Shown here in pieces: positions 1 through 8,988 of a stretch of 64,000 nucleotides of DNA (its first letter is position 1; the number at the start of each line of letters is the position of its first letter). The notes below the pieces were generated by a model. That model searched no databases, was not told where the DNA came from, and worked only from the letters and a program-made list of their open reading frames with translations. The stretch covers positions 4,171-68,170 of the forward strand of contig CAJTLU010000013.1 of NCBI GenBank assembly GCA_910577175.1, given 5' to 3'. The position numbers and the translations under genes were made by a program. The stretch comes from an uncultured Lachnospiraceae bacterium. Its GTDB lineage: Bacteria > Bacillota > Clostridia > Lachnospirales > Lachnospiraceae.

Positions 1-648
1 ACCTCCTCCGGTTTAAACGAGGTAGTGACAAGCAGGTCAGTATGGCTGAGTATTTTTATTGTTTCGCTGATGCCGGCAGTCTGTGAGGAGGCAGTACACC
101 GCGGATTCATTTTGCATACGTTCCGGGGCGTAAAAAGAGAATGGGTAACGGTGCTTGTCATGGGTATTATCTTTGGCGTGTTCCATACGGACCCGATGCG
201 TTTCCTTACTACCGCAATATTAGGTGCATGTATTACCTGGGTCATGCTAAAGACCGGAAATATGGTACTGCCGATGCTGTTTCATGCAGTCAACAATCTG
301 GTGCCGATACTGATTAGCGTTGTGATGAGCTCTGCTGCAGGGCTGTTAGAGAAGGTGGCGGAACAGACCGGGCAGACGGCAGGTGTATTGGAAGCAGCTG
401 AGTTTGACAGCAGGATGTATCTGGTTGCACTTGGTTACTATCTGTTTATCTCTGCGATTGCACCAATTCTGTTGTTAGGAGGCACTACCCTGTTAAAGCC
501 GAAGGGAGAAAAGCTAAAGACAACATATCTTATCATTGCAGTGGTACTGGGTGCAGTCCTCGCGGTGAGCGGAATTGCCATTATTGCGGCAAACTTTACG
601 TATATCTTAGAGATGCAGGGGCTTTCCTTGGAAGACCTTGGATTATAA
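1..648 (+). CDS. CPBP (CAAX-protease) family intramembrane metalloprotease, 5' end outside window
   Basis: Frame is open from nt 1 with no stop before 25. CPBP motifs EEAVHRGF, FHTDPMRF and FHAVNN; several hydrophobic helices. Confidence 0.8.
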   Translation, partial: TSSGLNEVVTSRSVWLSIFIVSLMPAVCEEAVHRGFILHTFRGVKREWVTVLVMGIIFGVFHTDPMRFLTTAILGACITWVMLKTGNMVLPMLFHAVNNLVPILISVVMSSAAGLLEKVAEQTGQTAGVLEAAEFDSRMYLVALGYYLFISAIAPILLLGGTTLLKPKGEKLKTTYLIIAVVLGAVLAVSGIAIIAANFTYILEMQGLSLEDLGL

Positions 649-678
649 ATGGCAAGTCAGACGAAAGGAGTATACAAT

Positions 679-1455
679 ATGATTGAAATTAAGAATCTGA
701 CAAAGGTGTATAAGCTCAGTAAAAAGAAAATGCAGGAGTTGAAGACAAAGGAGACGGTAAAGCGTGCCGTGGATGATGTTTCCCTCACCGCAAGGCCGGG
801 AGAAATCTATGGCCTGCTGGGACCGAACGGTGCAGGAAAGACGACAACGCTGCGCTGTGTGGCAACCCTGCTGAAGCCGACGGAGGGCACGGTAAGCGTC
901 TGCGGCTTTGATACGGTGCAGAATCCGGAGGAGGTGCGGGAGTCGATTGGCTTTCTGACAAATGAAATCAAGCTTGACCCGCACTTTTCCCCGAAGTACC
1001 TTTTTGGCTTTTTCGGCAGGATGCACGGAGTCAGCGAGGAAGAGATTGAAGCACGCCGTAAGGAGCTGTTTGAATACTTTGAAATTACCGAGTTTGAAAA
1101 TAAGAAAATCGAGGAGCTTTCCACCGGTATGAAGCAGAAGGCGTCCATAGCGGTTAGTCTGGTACATGACCCGAAGGTAATTATCTTCGACGAGCCGACA
1201 AACGGACTGGATATCATTACGGCGCGCAACGTGACCGATTTGCTTCAGAAGCTCCGTGACGAGGGAAAGCTAGTCATTATTTCCACCCATATTATGTCCG
1301 AGGCAGAAAAGCTTTGCGACCGTGTCGGCATTATTATCGACGGCAAGAAGGTAATGGAAGGAACCCTGAAGGAACTGCTGACACAGACAGAGACGGCAGA
1401 CCTGGAAGATGCCTTTTTCACTCTTTACAAAGAACATCATAAGGAGGAAAATTAA
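679..1455 (+). CDS. ABC transporter ATP-binding protein (NatA-like, ABC-2 type)
   Basis: Walker A GPNGAGKTT, signature LSTGMKQK, Walker B IIFDEPTNGLD. SD aaaggag lies 8 nt before ATG 679. The track start at 649 abuts the upstream stop and has no SD. Confidence 0.9.
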   Translation: MIEIKNLTKVYKLSKKKMQELKTKETVKRAVDDVSLTARPGEIYGLLGPNGAGKTTTLRCVATLLKPTEGTVSVCGFDTVQNPEEVRESIGFLTNEIKLDPHFSPKYLFGFFGRMHGVSEEEIEARRKELFEYFEITEFENKKIEELSTGMKQKASIAVSLVHDPKVIIFDEPTNGLDIITARNVTDLLQKLRDEGKLVIISTHIMSEAEKLCDRVGIIIDGKKVMEGTLKELLTQTETADLEDAFFTLYKEHHKEEN

Positions 1456-2676
1456 ATGAAGGATATATTCAAAAAAGAGATATTTCGTGTGTTCAGTGAC
1501 AAGAAAATGATTTTTTCCTTGTTCATCCTGCCGGCAGTTCTGATGTTTGGTATCTACGGCCTGATGGGTGTAATGGTAAAAAACATGGTTTCCGATGTGG
1601 AAAAGCATGTTGCGATTGTTTATGTGCAGAATGCGCCGGAGGGCTTAAAGGACTTAATCGGACAAAGCGGGTATCTGGAAACGGCGGAGGTGACATATCT
1701 TGCCGCAGATGCCGCAGCAGAGGAAATCCAGAAAATCAAGGACGATATCCTGACAGGGAATGTACAGCTGATGGTGCAGTTTGAGACAGACTTCCTTGCC
1801 AAAGCACAGAATTATAAAAATGCAGGCGACCCGATTCCGGAAGTAACCGTATGCTATAATTCCACGCAGAACTATTCCTCTTCGGCAAGAGGAAACTTTA
1901 ACAGTATGATTCTTGCACCGTTGCAGACCTCGCTTCTGCAGAACAGATTCGGCAATCTGGATTTGCTGACCGTATTTAATACGCAGGAGGAGCTTATCAT
2001 CAATGAAGAAAAGGCAAACGGAGAGTTTCTGGCAACTATGCTTCCGTACCTGATTACGTTTATGCTGTTTGCGAGCGCTATGGGACTTTGCGTAGATGCA
2101 ATTGCGGGAGAAAAAGAGCGTGGGACGATGGCAAGCATGCTGCTTTGCCCGGTAAAGCGCAGTTCTATTGTATTCGGTAAGCTGTTCGGACTTTCTGTGC
2201 TGTCTTCACTTTCTTCTATCGTATATGCGGTTTCTATGATTCTGGCGATGCCGATGATGATGGGCGGAATGGGGGAAGAGACCGGACTTGCAATGAATAT
2301 TTCTCTGTCGCCGGTACAGGCGTTAGAGCTGTTTGCACTTATGGTGAGCCTTGTTCTGATTTATGTTGGCGCACTTTGCCTTGTATCCGTATTTGCAAAG
2401 AATGCTAAGGAGGCGAATGCCTATGTAATGCCGTTGTATATGATTGTGCTGGTACTCGGTCTGATGACGATGTTTAAGAGCGGTATGGAAACCTCGCAGA
2501 CAATGTATGCAATTCCGGTATACGGGACGGCCCTTTCCATTCAGGGAATTATAACAAGTGAGATTACCTTTCTGCAGTTTGGCAGCAGCGTGCTCAGCAA
2601 TCTGCTCTGTACGGTAATCATCGTCATTGCTGTGGCAAAGGTATTTAATAATGAAAAAATTATGTTAAACGCATAA
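1456..2676 (+). CDS. ABC-2 family permease (NatB-like)
   Basis: 406 aa: N-terminal TM, large loop, C-terminal cluster of TM helices. SD aaggagga. Starts directly after the ATPase stop. Confidence 0.8.
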   Translation: MKDIFKKEIFRVFSDKKMIFSLFILPAVLMFGIYGLMGVMVKNMVSDVEKHVAIVYVQNAPEGLKDLIGQSGYLETAEVTYLAADAAAEEIQKIKDDILTGNVQLMVQFETDFLAKAQNYKNAGDPIPEVTVCYNSTQNYSSSARGNFNSMILAPLQTSLLQNRFGNLDLLTVFNTQEELIINEEKANGEFLATMLPYLITFMLFASAMGLCVDAIAGEKERGTMASMLLCPVKRSSIVFGKLFGLSVLSSLSSIVYAVSMILAMPMMMGGMGEETGLAMNISLSPVQALELFALMVSLVLIYVGALCLVSVFAKNAKEANAYVMPLYMIVLVLGLMTMFKSGMETSQTMYAIPVYGTALSIQGIITSEITFLQFGSSVLSNLLCTVIIVIAVAKVFNNEKIMLNA

Positions 2677-2691
2677 AAGAGAGTAAGAAGA

Positions 2692-2765
2692 GGGGCTGTC
2701 ACACGAAGCGCAGCCCCGGCTTACAAGCGGCGGATATTTTCCTACTGCAAGGAGATCCGCCGCTT
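2692..2765 (+). terminator. Two consecutive GC-rich hairpins downstream of the ABC operon
   Basis: ggggctg/cagcccc (2692-2717) and an 11-bp perfect stem aagcggcggat/atccgccgctt (2725-2765). No clear U tract. Confidence 0.4.
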
Positions 2766-2898
2766 AATCATACGTCCATACCATGTCCTTTCTTCCTTAC
2801 AGCTTTTTCTGCTTCACACTTTTTTGTGTTTTATCCAGTATATCATAAAATTGTACAGATTCCATCAAATTTCGAACAGTCTCACAACATTTTATTTC

Positions 2899-2932
2899 AT
2901 AATATTTGCTGCGATAGAGCAGCAAATATTAT
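2899..2932. promoter_or_regulatory. C-box-like operator: 14-bp perfect inverted repeat
   Basis: ataatatttgctgc-gataga-gcagcaaatattat. A third GCAGCA half-site sits at 2950-2955 inside the promoter spacer. Located just upstream of the HTH gene. Confidence 0.6.
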
Positions 2933-2939
2933 ATTTTTG

Positions 2940-2968
2940 TTGCATTTATGCAGCAGGTGTGCTATACT
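2940..2968 (+). promoter_or_regulatory. Sigma-A type promoter of the HTH-methylase operon
   Basis: -35 TTGCAT (2940-2945), 17-nt spacer, extended -10 TGcTATACT (2960-2968). Confidence 0.6.
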
Positions 2969-2989
2969 ATCCAAAATAGAGGTGATGAT

Positions 2990-3349
2990 ATGGCTAAAAC
3001 ACTTGGACAATATCTGAGGGCAATAAGGGAACAAAATAAATTAAGCACAAGAGACGTGGAAAAAGAGACCGGCATAACAACTTCACAATTAAGCCGCTTA
3101 GAATGCAGCCACACACGCAATCCGTCTCCCGTTGCTTTAAAAAAACTGGCTCTATTATATAACATAAAACTAATAGACTTGTTCCAAAAAGCAGGATATC
3201 TGGACTCCCAAGACGTAGATTCTTACATGGAATCCTGTTTCAAAGGCATTGAAAAATTAGACCAGGAAGACAAAAAACAAATACAGAATCAAATTGACTA
3301 TTTGATTTTTCAGCATGAAAAAGAAAGAGAGGACAGAAATGATTTATAG
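2990..3349 (+). CDS. XRE-family HTH regulator, probable controller (C) protein of the R-M island
   Basis: HTH_XRE signature LSTRDVEKETGITTSQLSRLE. SD agaggtga before ATG 2990. 3' end overlaps the methylase start. Confidence 0.8.
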   Translation: MAKTLGQYLRAIREQNKLSTRDVEKETGITTSQLSRLECSHTRNPSPVALKKLALLYNIKLIDLFQKAGYLDSQDVDSYMESCFKGIEKLDQEDKKQIQNQIDYLIFQHEKEREDRNDL

Positions 3350-4403
3350 ATTAGGAGAACTGTTCTGCGGCCCCGGCGGAATTGCGTGGGGAGCCCTTAA
3401 TGCCGATATCGGGGATGATAACTATAAAATTGTCCACCAATGGGCAAATGACTATGACAAAGACACCTGTGAAACATACCGGTATAACATCTGCAGCGAC
3501 AATCCAAAGAGCGTTTACCACAAAGACATCCGTGAATTTAACTTGGAAAATCTGCCAGAAATTGACGCCCTGGCTTTTGGATTCCCGTGCAATGATTACA
3601 GCGTAGTCGGAGAGCAGAAAGGCATGGACGGCGTCTTCGGCCCCCTCTATTCATATGGAGTAAAAGTATTAAATATATACAACCCTATATGGTTCGTTGC
3701 AGAAAATGTAGGCGGACTCCGAAATGCCAATGACGGAAAAGCCTTTACCAAAATCATTGACGAACTGAAAAAAGCAGGAACCCACGGCGGATATACTGTC
3801 GTCCCGCATTTATATAAATTTGAGGAATACGGAATCCCCCAGGCCCGCCACCGGATTATCATAGTAGGCATCCGGAAAGATATTGACGTTGCATACCATG
3901 TTCCTTCTCCGGAACCATATGCGGACATTGACAATACCTGCCGGAAAGCAATAGAAGACCCGCCCATCCCGACAGACGCCTTTAATAACGAACTGACAAA
4001 ACAGTCTAAAACCGTCATTGAAAGGCTGGACCATATCCTTCCCGGACAGAATGCATTTACTGCCGACCTGCCGGACGAACTGAAACTGAATGTCCACGGC
4101 GCGAAAATCAGCCAGATATACAAACGGCTGGACCCTGATAAACCTGCATACACCGTCACCGGAAGCGGCGGCGGCGGAACCCATATTTACCACTGGAAAG
4201 AATCCAGGGCCCTGACAAACCGGGAACGCGCCCGCCTGCAGACCTTCCCCGATACCTATAAATTTATCGGGAGCAAAGAAAGCGTCAGAAAACAGATCGG
4301 CATGGCCGTTCCATGCAAAGGGGCGAAAATCATATTTGAAGCCATCCTGAAAAGTTTCGCCGGCATCGAATACCCCAGCATTGAACCAAACATCAATGAA
4401 TGA
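3339..4403 (+). CDS. DNA (cytosine-5)-methyltransferase
   Basis: All C5-MTase motifs present: I ELFCGPGG, IV GFPCNDYS, VI AENVGGL, VIII QARHRIIIVG, IX RERARLQTFPD, X IGMAVP. SD agagagga before ATG 3339. Confidence 0.95.
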   Translation: MIYRLGELFCGPGGIAWGALNADIGDDNYKIVHQWANDYDKDTCETYRYNICSDNPKSVYHKDIREFNLENLPEIDALAFGFPCNDYSVVGEQKGMDGVFGPLYSYGVKVLNIYNPIWFVAENVGGLRNANDGKAFTKIIDELKKAGTHGGYTVVPHLYKFEEYGIPQARHRIIIVGIRKDIDVAYHVPSPEPYADIDNTCRKAIEDPPIPTDAFNNELTKQSKTVIERLDHILPGQNAFTADLPDELKLNVHGAKISQIYKRLDPDKPAYTVTGSGGGGTHIYHWKESRALTNRERARLQTFPDTYKFIGSKESVRKQIGMAVPCKGAKIIFEAILKSFAGIEYPSIEPNINE

Positions 4404-4410
4404 CCTTATA

Positions 4411-4440
4411 GTAAAACCGGAGCTTTAGCCCCGGTTTTAC
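4411..4440. terminator. Bidirectional hairpin terminator between convergent M and R operons
   Basis: 10-bp perfect stem gtaaaaccgg/ccggttttac with a 10-nt loop. Confidence 0.6.
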
Positions 4441-5396
4441 TACACAGAAAAATCCATATAATACTGCTCATCATCCAGCTTATAAAACGTAACATCTGTA
4501 CGTCCATATTCCTCCAGATCACTTCTCCAAATATAAGCGCCATTTGCCAGCCCCAGCCGGTTCCTGAAATACTCCCCAAGCTGTGCATTACTAAGCGGTG
4601 TAGTAATTGCCTTATTCCCCTGCTGTTCCACCCTCAATATCAGCTGATGGCCGTCATCCGTAACAACCGTAAAATGCTGTTTATTCAACGGGAAAAAGCC
4701 CGTCCGAACCATCGGCGCAGGAAGCGGTATGTACGCCTCATTCTTATTCCGCCTGCTTCTCTGCCCCCAGTTCAGCCCCGATTTCGTCCCCACTTCCCCG
4801 TTTTCCGAAAGCAGAGAAAGCGTAATTTTTTCTATATTTTCACCTGACAGACTGCCGACCGGCTTATTTTCCATATCCAAAACACTGTGCGTGGGATACA
4901 GCACCACATATTCCTCAACTTCGGCATGATTACAGAATATCGTATCATTCTCTACACTGCAGTAATACCGGTACGCTTCCAGGGCATCACACTCCACCAT
5001 ATATTCCCTGCGCTTTTCCCCAAATGCACTCTGCGTAAAATTTGCCGAACCTGCAAATGCTGCAACCGGCTCATCCCCTTTAAGCCAGACATACACTTTC
5101 GCATGTACCGGCGCAGAATCATACACATAACTGCACTGATAATGCGCCACCTCCTGGGGCATCTTCTCCTTCTGCAGCTCCTTAAATCCCTCATGGACAG
5201 CAATGCTGAGGCCGTCAAAAGGAACCATTCCCACAATCAAAGATATGTCTATAGGCCCGGATTTAAACTCCTTCAAATTCTTGATCAGCCACGAAGCCAT
5301 GTTCGGCGTTGCGTACCCTGATAAAATACACAGCCTGTCCGCCCCCGTGCGGAGCGGTTCAAACAATACCCTTCTCGCCAGTTCTGAATACTTCAT
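4440..5396 (-). CDS. PLD-family restriction endonuclease with C-terminal B3-like DNA-binding domain (NgoFVII/CglI R-protein type), copy 1
   Basis: Single HKD motif HAKVYVW...GSANFT. C-terminal FTVVTDDG...GNKAI...LGEYFRNRLGL...EEYGRTDVTF. Confidence 0.8.
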   Translation of the reverse strand: MKYSELARRVLFEPLRTGADRLCILSGYATPNMASWLIKNLKEFKSGPIDISLIVGMVPFDGLSIAVHEGFKELQKEKMPQEVAHYQCSYVYDSAPVHAKVYVWLKGDEPVAAFAGSANFTQSAFGEKRREYMVECDALEAYRYYCSVENDTIFCNHAEVEEYVVLYPTHSVLDMENKPVGSLSGENIEKITLSLLSENGEVGTKSGLNWGQRSRRNKNEAYIPLPAPMVRTGFFPLNKQHFTVVTDDGHQLILRVEQQGNKAITTPLSNAQLGEYFRNRLGLANGAYIWRSDLEEYGRTDVTFYKLDDEQYYMDFSV

Positions 5397-5425
5397 GGCA
5401 CCTTCCTTTCAAACACATAATACCA

Positions 5426-7279
5426 TTATTCACTGTCATCTGTTATATCATAATACACCATCTTATCCGGCAGTTTGATATTCGGAACCCAGATTTTCTC
5501 TCCGCCCCAGCCTTTTTCTCCTGTCATCTGATACATCGTAAGAACAATCTTGTCCGTGACAGATGCGCCTAACTGCCAGTCATTAGGAGACAGCAGCGCA
5601 CCCGTACCCTTCGCCACGTTCCTGTTCCTCCTGACAATCAGAACCCCCTGGCCTGCCGGTTTTTCAGCAAGCACCATATCAATAATAGAACGGAAAACAC
5701 TTACCTTAAAATCATCCTCCGACTTGATATGGGAAAAAACCTCCTGCATCAGACGAAGGCTCACCTGATAACACGGCTGTGAATCATCAAATGCCTCCAG
5801 AAGCCGGTCAATGTCAGCAATCGTATCGTTCTCCGGCGAATATGGATAATAATTTGTCCCCCCTGAAATCATGGCCAGCTTCTTATTATCCAGAACATTC
5901 TTCCTTGTCGGATTCAATCCCTCCGGATAATAAATCTTCACATCCGCAGTTCCCCTCTCCACCTGGGAAATAATAGAATTATTCGTTGCATTGATATCCG
6001 CAAACAGCTTATACAAATGCTCGTCAATAAACACCTTCATAAGCCCGGCATCCCTGTCATAGCCGAACATGCGGCTGTGCTGCCACATCGTATCTGCCTG
6101 CGGCTTCTTAGCCGTCCTGGTATAATAAATCGTCTGCAGCCCCGCAAAAGTAACACCCCGTCCAAGCGTATTCCCGCCGATAATCACATTAGAGCCCGAT
6201 GCATAATCATCACTGCCTACATCGGAACTTCCGTTCATGACCAGAACCTTAATTTCATCATTTTCCAGCAGTTTCTGTATAAAACCCAAAACCTCTCCAA
6301 ACGGCTTCTTCTCAAATTTAACCGGGTTCAGCTGCTCATACCACTGCCTGGCCTGCACAGTAAATCCGTCATCCCTGCACCTTTCCTTGAAATCCCCCAA
6401 AACCTTAAACACATCCTGCTGGTATTTTCCATGCACCGCCTTCCGAACACTGGGATGAATTAAAAAATTTGCCACCCCTTTTCCCGCTGTCAGCATGATA
6501 CCCGATACCACCAGATGATGCATTAACGCCTCTTCCAACGGATCTCTTAAAGAATCTATATAAGAAATACACTCCCCGGCTCCTTCCGCCGGAAAGAAAA
6601 AGTCTCCCCCAAGATACCCGTTTCCCGGCCGGAAATAATAAGCAAAATATGGGTGCCACCCTGATGACATTGTCTGCAGCAACAGCGCCTGCGGCGTCCC
6701 CGTAACCTGCAGATAAATACTGCACGCCGATCTCGCCTTAATATCATCCAGATACCTGTTGATAGAAGACCTGCTGTTTCTGTTGACCATCGTATTCAGA
6801 GAAGCCGCATCTGCCTCATCATCAATAATGAACAGTGGGTTCCCCCTCATAAACCCCGTAGAACCCAGAATATTAGACCACTGCTTCAAAGTCCTTACAT
6901 TCTTCTTTAACACAATAATGGCCGGCTGCATCAGACAGTTCTCTGCAAAAATCTCCGAATCATATTCGTCACATATACAGAATCCTTCCAAGTCCTCCCT
7001 CACCCGCTCAATGGTCTGCTGCTGCAGTATGACATTATCTGTTGTCAAAATCAAAAATACCGGAAAACCCAAATCCGCCGCCACAGAAATCACGCCGAAC
7101 ATCTGCCCTGTTTTTCCGGACTGCACATTTCCAAAGAGAAGCCCCACCTCATGCTCACAAAAAGAAAACCCTTCTAAATATTTCGGCGCGATATTATCCA
7201 CCGTTTCCTGGATAGAATCAGCTAACTGCTTATTCCCCCGCCCCTCTATCTTCTTCAAGTACGTTTCAAGATATTTCAT
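5426..7279 (-). CDS. Z1-domain P-loop ATPase (N-protein type of CglI/NgoAVII restriction enzymes)
   Basis: Walker A GNVQSGKTG, Walker B/DEAD-like FIIDDEADAAS, about 617 aa. Start set at ATG 7279 with SD ggaggcaga. Overlaps the upstream gene by 14 nt. Confidence 0.8.
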   Translation of the reverse strand: MKYLETYLKKIEGRGNKQLADSIQETVDNIAPKYLEGFSFCEHEVGLLFGNVQSGKTGQMFGVISVAADLGFPVFLILTTDNVILQQQTIERVREDLEGFCICDEYDSEIFAENCLMQPAIIVLKKNVRTLKQWSNILGSTGFMRGNPLFIIDDEADAASLNTMVNRNSRSSINRYLDDIKARSACSIYLQVTGTPQALLLQTMSSGWHPYFAYYFRPGNGYLGGDFFFPAEGAGECISYIDSLRDPLEEALMHHLVVSGIMLTAGKGVANFLIHPSVRKAVHGKYQQDVFKVLGDFKERCRDDGFTVQARQWYEQLNPVKFEKKPFGEVLGFIQKLLENDEIKVLVMNGSSDVGSDDYASGSNVIIGGNTLGRGVTFAGLQTIYYTRTAKKPQADTMWQHSRMFGYDRDAGLMKVFIDEHLYKLFADINATNNSIISQVERGTADVKIYYPEGLNPTRKNVLDNKKLAMISGGTNYYPYSPENDTIADIDRLLEAFDDSQPCYQVSLRLMQEVFSHIKSEDDFKVSVFRSIIDMVLAEKPAGQGVLIVRRNRNVAKGTGALLSPNDWQLGASVTDKIVLTMYQMTGEKGWGGEKIWVPNIKLPDKMVYYDITDDSE

Positions 7280-8414
7280 CTTCTGCCTCCTGCTGATGCC
7301 TGCTCTCCGGAAGGAAAGATAGCATCCATACTTCCAGCTCCGTACCATCCTCCGTCTTCGTCACAATATCTGTCTTTGTCAGCGTAATCGTATCCCGCCC
7401 GTATTTATTCAGCATCTTATGTGTAATAACACCTTTCCCACCCAGGTCACTTTCCACCCGATTCACCGGCTCCACCAGGCCGGCCGCTACAAGACGCCCC
7501 TTGATCCAGCGCCCCATAATCTTCAAATCGTCTTTTGAATACAAATTTTTGTTATTCTGCCCGCATGTCCAGGCCTGGAACTTCCAGCCGTCATCCGTAA
7601 CCGCCATAAAGGGTTGCTGATGCAGGGGATAGCCCGGCAGGTCCCTGATAGACTTACTAACCACCATTTCAATCTCCCACCAGACACGCTTTCTTCCGCT
7701 CGCATAGCAGACATTGATATTGGAACCCCTCATAGACTGATCATTCTCATCCTCCGGCACTTTCAACGGAAGCTCAAAGGAAACCTCCGTCATCCTCTTC
7801 TTATAAGCGTCCACCTCCTCCGGCGTAACCTTGGAAACAAATTCCTGATCCACCAGCGCCCGGTTGACCTCCCGAATCAATGGCACATCCCGCAGGTCAG
7901 CAATATTAGCCGAACACTTCGGAAGCATAATATCCCTGACATGGGCAGAAATCTCCTGCAGTTCCCCCGGTTCCTCCGTCACTGCTGACAATTCATACTG
8001 GCGCAGATTGGATGCCTCCAGCTTGACTGCTCCCAGATTATGCGAACCAACCACAGCAGAAAACGGCTTTCCATTCTTATAAAAAGCATACACTTTCCCA
8101 TGATATTTAAACGCCCTCACCAGACGCACTTCACCAATCCCGCGCCCGGTCCAGTCCTCATTCAAAGCCGCCGCTACATTATATGTACCCTCCGGCATAC
8201 CCTCATGATAATACATACCGATTGTCAGACAGACCCTCTTTATTCCAGCCTCGTCAACCAGCCCCTGCAGCTCTTTTAATGCCGCCTTCGACACATACCC
8301 CACTGCAATATCTATTTCATCCGCCTCACGCACAGCATCCATAAAATAATCTATAAAAGCTGTCTGCCCGTCTCCCAGCTTTAACGGGAGCATATTAGAA
8401 TATAATAACCGCAT
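7266..8414 (-). CDS. Second, divergent PLD-family nuclease with B3-like C-terminal domain, copy 2
   Basis: HKD motif YHGKVYAF...VGSHNLG. C-terminal FMAVTDDG...NNKNL...MGRWIKGRL...NKYGRDTITL is paralogous to the 4440-5396 product. Start set at ATG 8414 (SD ggagaaggg). Confidence 0.75.
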   Translation of the reverse strand: MRLLYSNMLPLKLGDGQTAFIDYFMDAVREADEIDIAVGYVSKAALKELQGLVDEAGIKRVCLTIGMYYHEGMPEGTYNVAAALNEDWTGRGIGEVRLVRAFKYHGKVYAFYKNGKPFSAVVGSHNLGAVKLEASNLRQYELSAVTEEPGELQEISAHVRDIMLPKCSANIADLRDVPLIREVNRALVDQEFVSKVTPEEVDAYKKRMTEVSFELPLKVPEDENDQSMRGSNINVCYASGRKRVWWEIEMVVSKSIRDLPGYPLHQQPFMAVTDDGWKFQAWTCGQNNKNLYSKDDLKIMGRWIKGRLVAAGLVEPVNRVESDLGGKGVITHKMLNKYGRDTITLTKTDIVTKTEDGTELEVWMLSFLPESRHQQEAEDEIS

Positions 8415-8477
8415 TTTCCCTTCTCCATTTTCATTAGTCACTGCAATTATAGCAGACATACCCGGCACTTTCTACCA

Positions 8478-8957
8478 TCACTCATCATCCACCCCATAAA
8501 ACGTCCTGTCTCCCTGCACGTTCAACTCAAAAATGCATTCTTCAATCACCCGGATACACTCCCCGCAGTTCTTTAAAATATCCTTTCCCCAAAACCGGAT
8601 CACTGTCCAGCCCATGAACATGAGAGCCTTATTCACCTCATCATCCCGCTCCATATTCCTCAATATCTTTTTCTTCCAATACTCCGGATTGTTTCCCGCC
8701 TCCAGACGCGGCTTCAAAACCTCCCAGTCCTTCCCATGAAAAAATTCACTATCACAAAAAATCGCTATCTTATACTTTGTCAGCGCAATATCCGGCTTAC
8801 CCGGCAGGGCGGCATAATTCTTCCTATACCGAAATCCCCTTGCCCACAGCTCTTTCCGCAGCATCACCTCAATGCTGGTATCACTGGACCTGATATTCCG
8901 CATATTCTTATGCCGCTGTTCCTTCGTAAGATTGTCCACTTCATCAGCCCCAAACAC
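8478..8957 (-). CDS. vsr: Very short patch repair endonuclease
   Basis: Classic Vsr block RSSDTSIEVMLRKELWARGFRYRKN...LPGKPDIAL...IAIFCDSEFFHG. Exact start uncertain (GTG 8957 or GTG 8939). Confidence 0.9.
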   Translation of the reverse strand: MFGADEVDNLTKEQRHKNMRNIRSSDTSIEVMLRKELWARGFRYRKNYAALPGKPDIALTKYKIAIFCDSEFFHGKDWEVLKPRLEAGNNPEYWKKKILRNMERDDEVNKALMFMGWTVIRFWGKDILKNCGECIRVIEECIFELNVQGDRTFYGVDDE

Positions 8958-8988
8958 AACATAAACAACTTTTAACTATTTCCATCAC

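Noticed and set aside
643-1229. Two minus-strand ORFs of 174 and 140 aa.
   Set aside because: They are antisense to the ABC ATPase gene, which has complete Walker and signature motifs. They are shadow ORFs.
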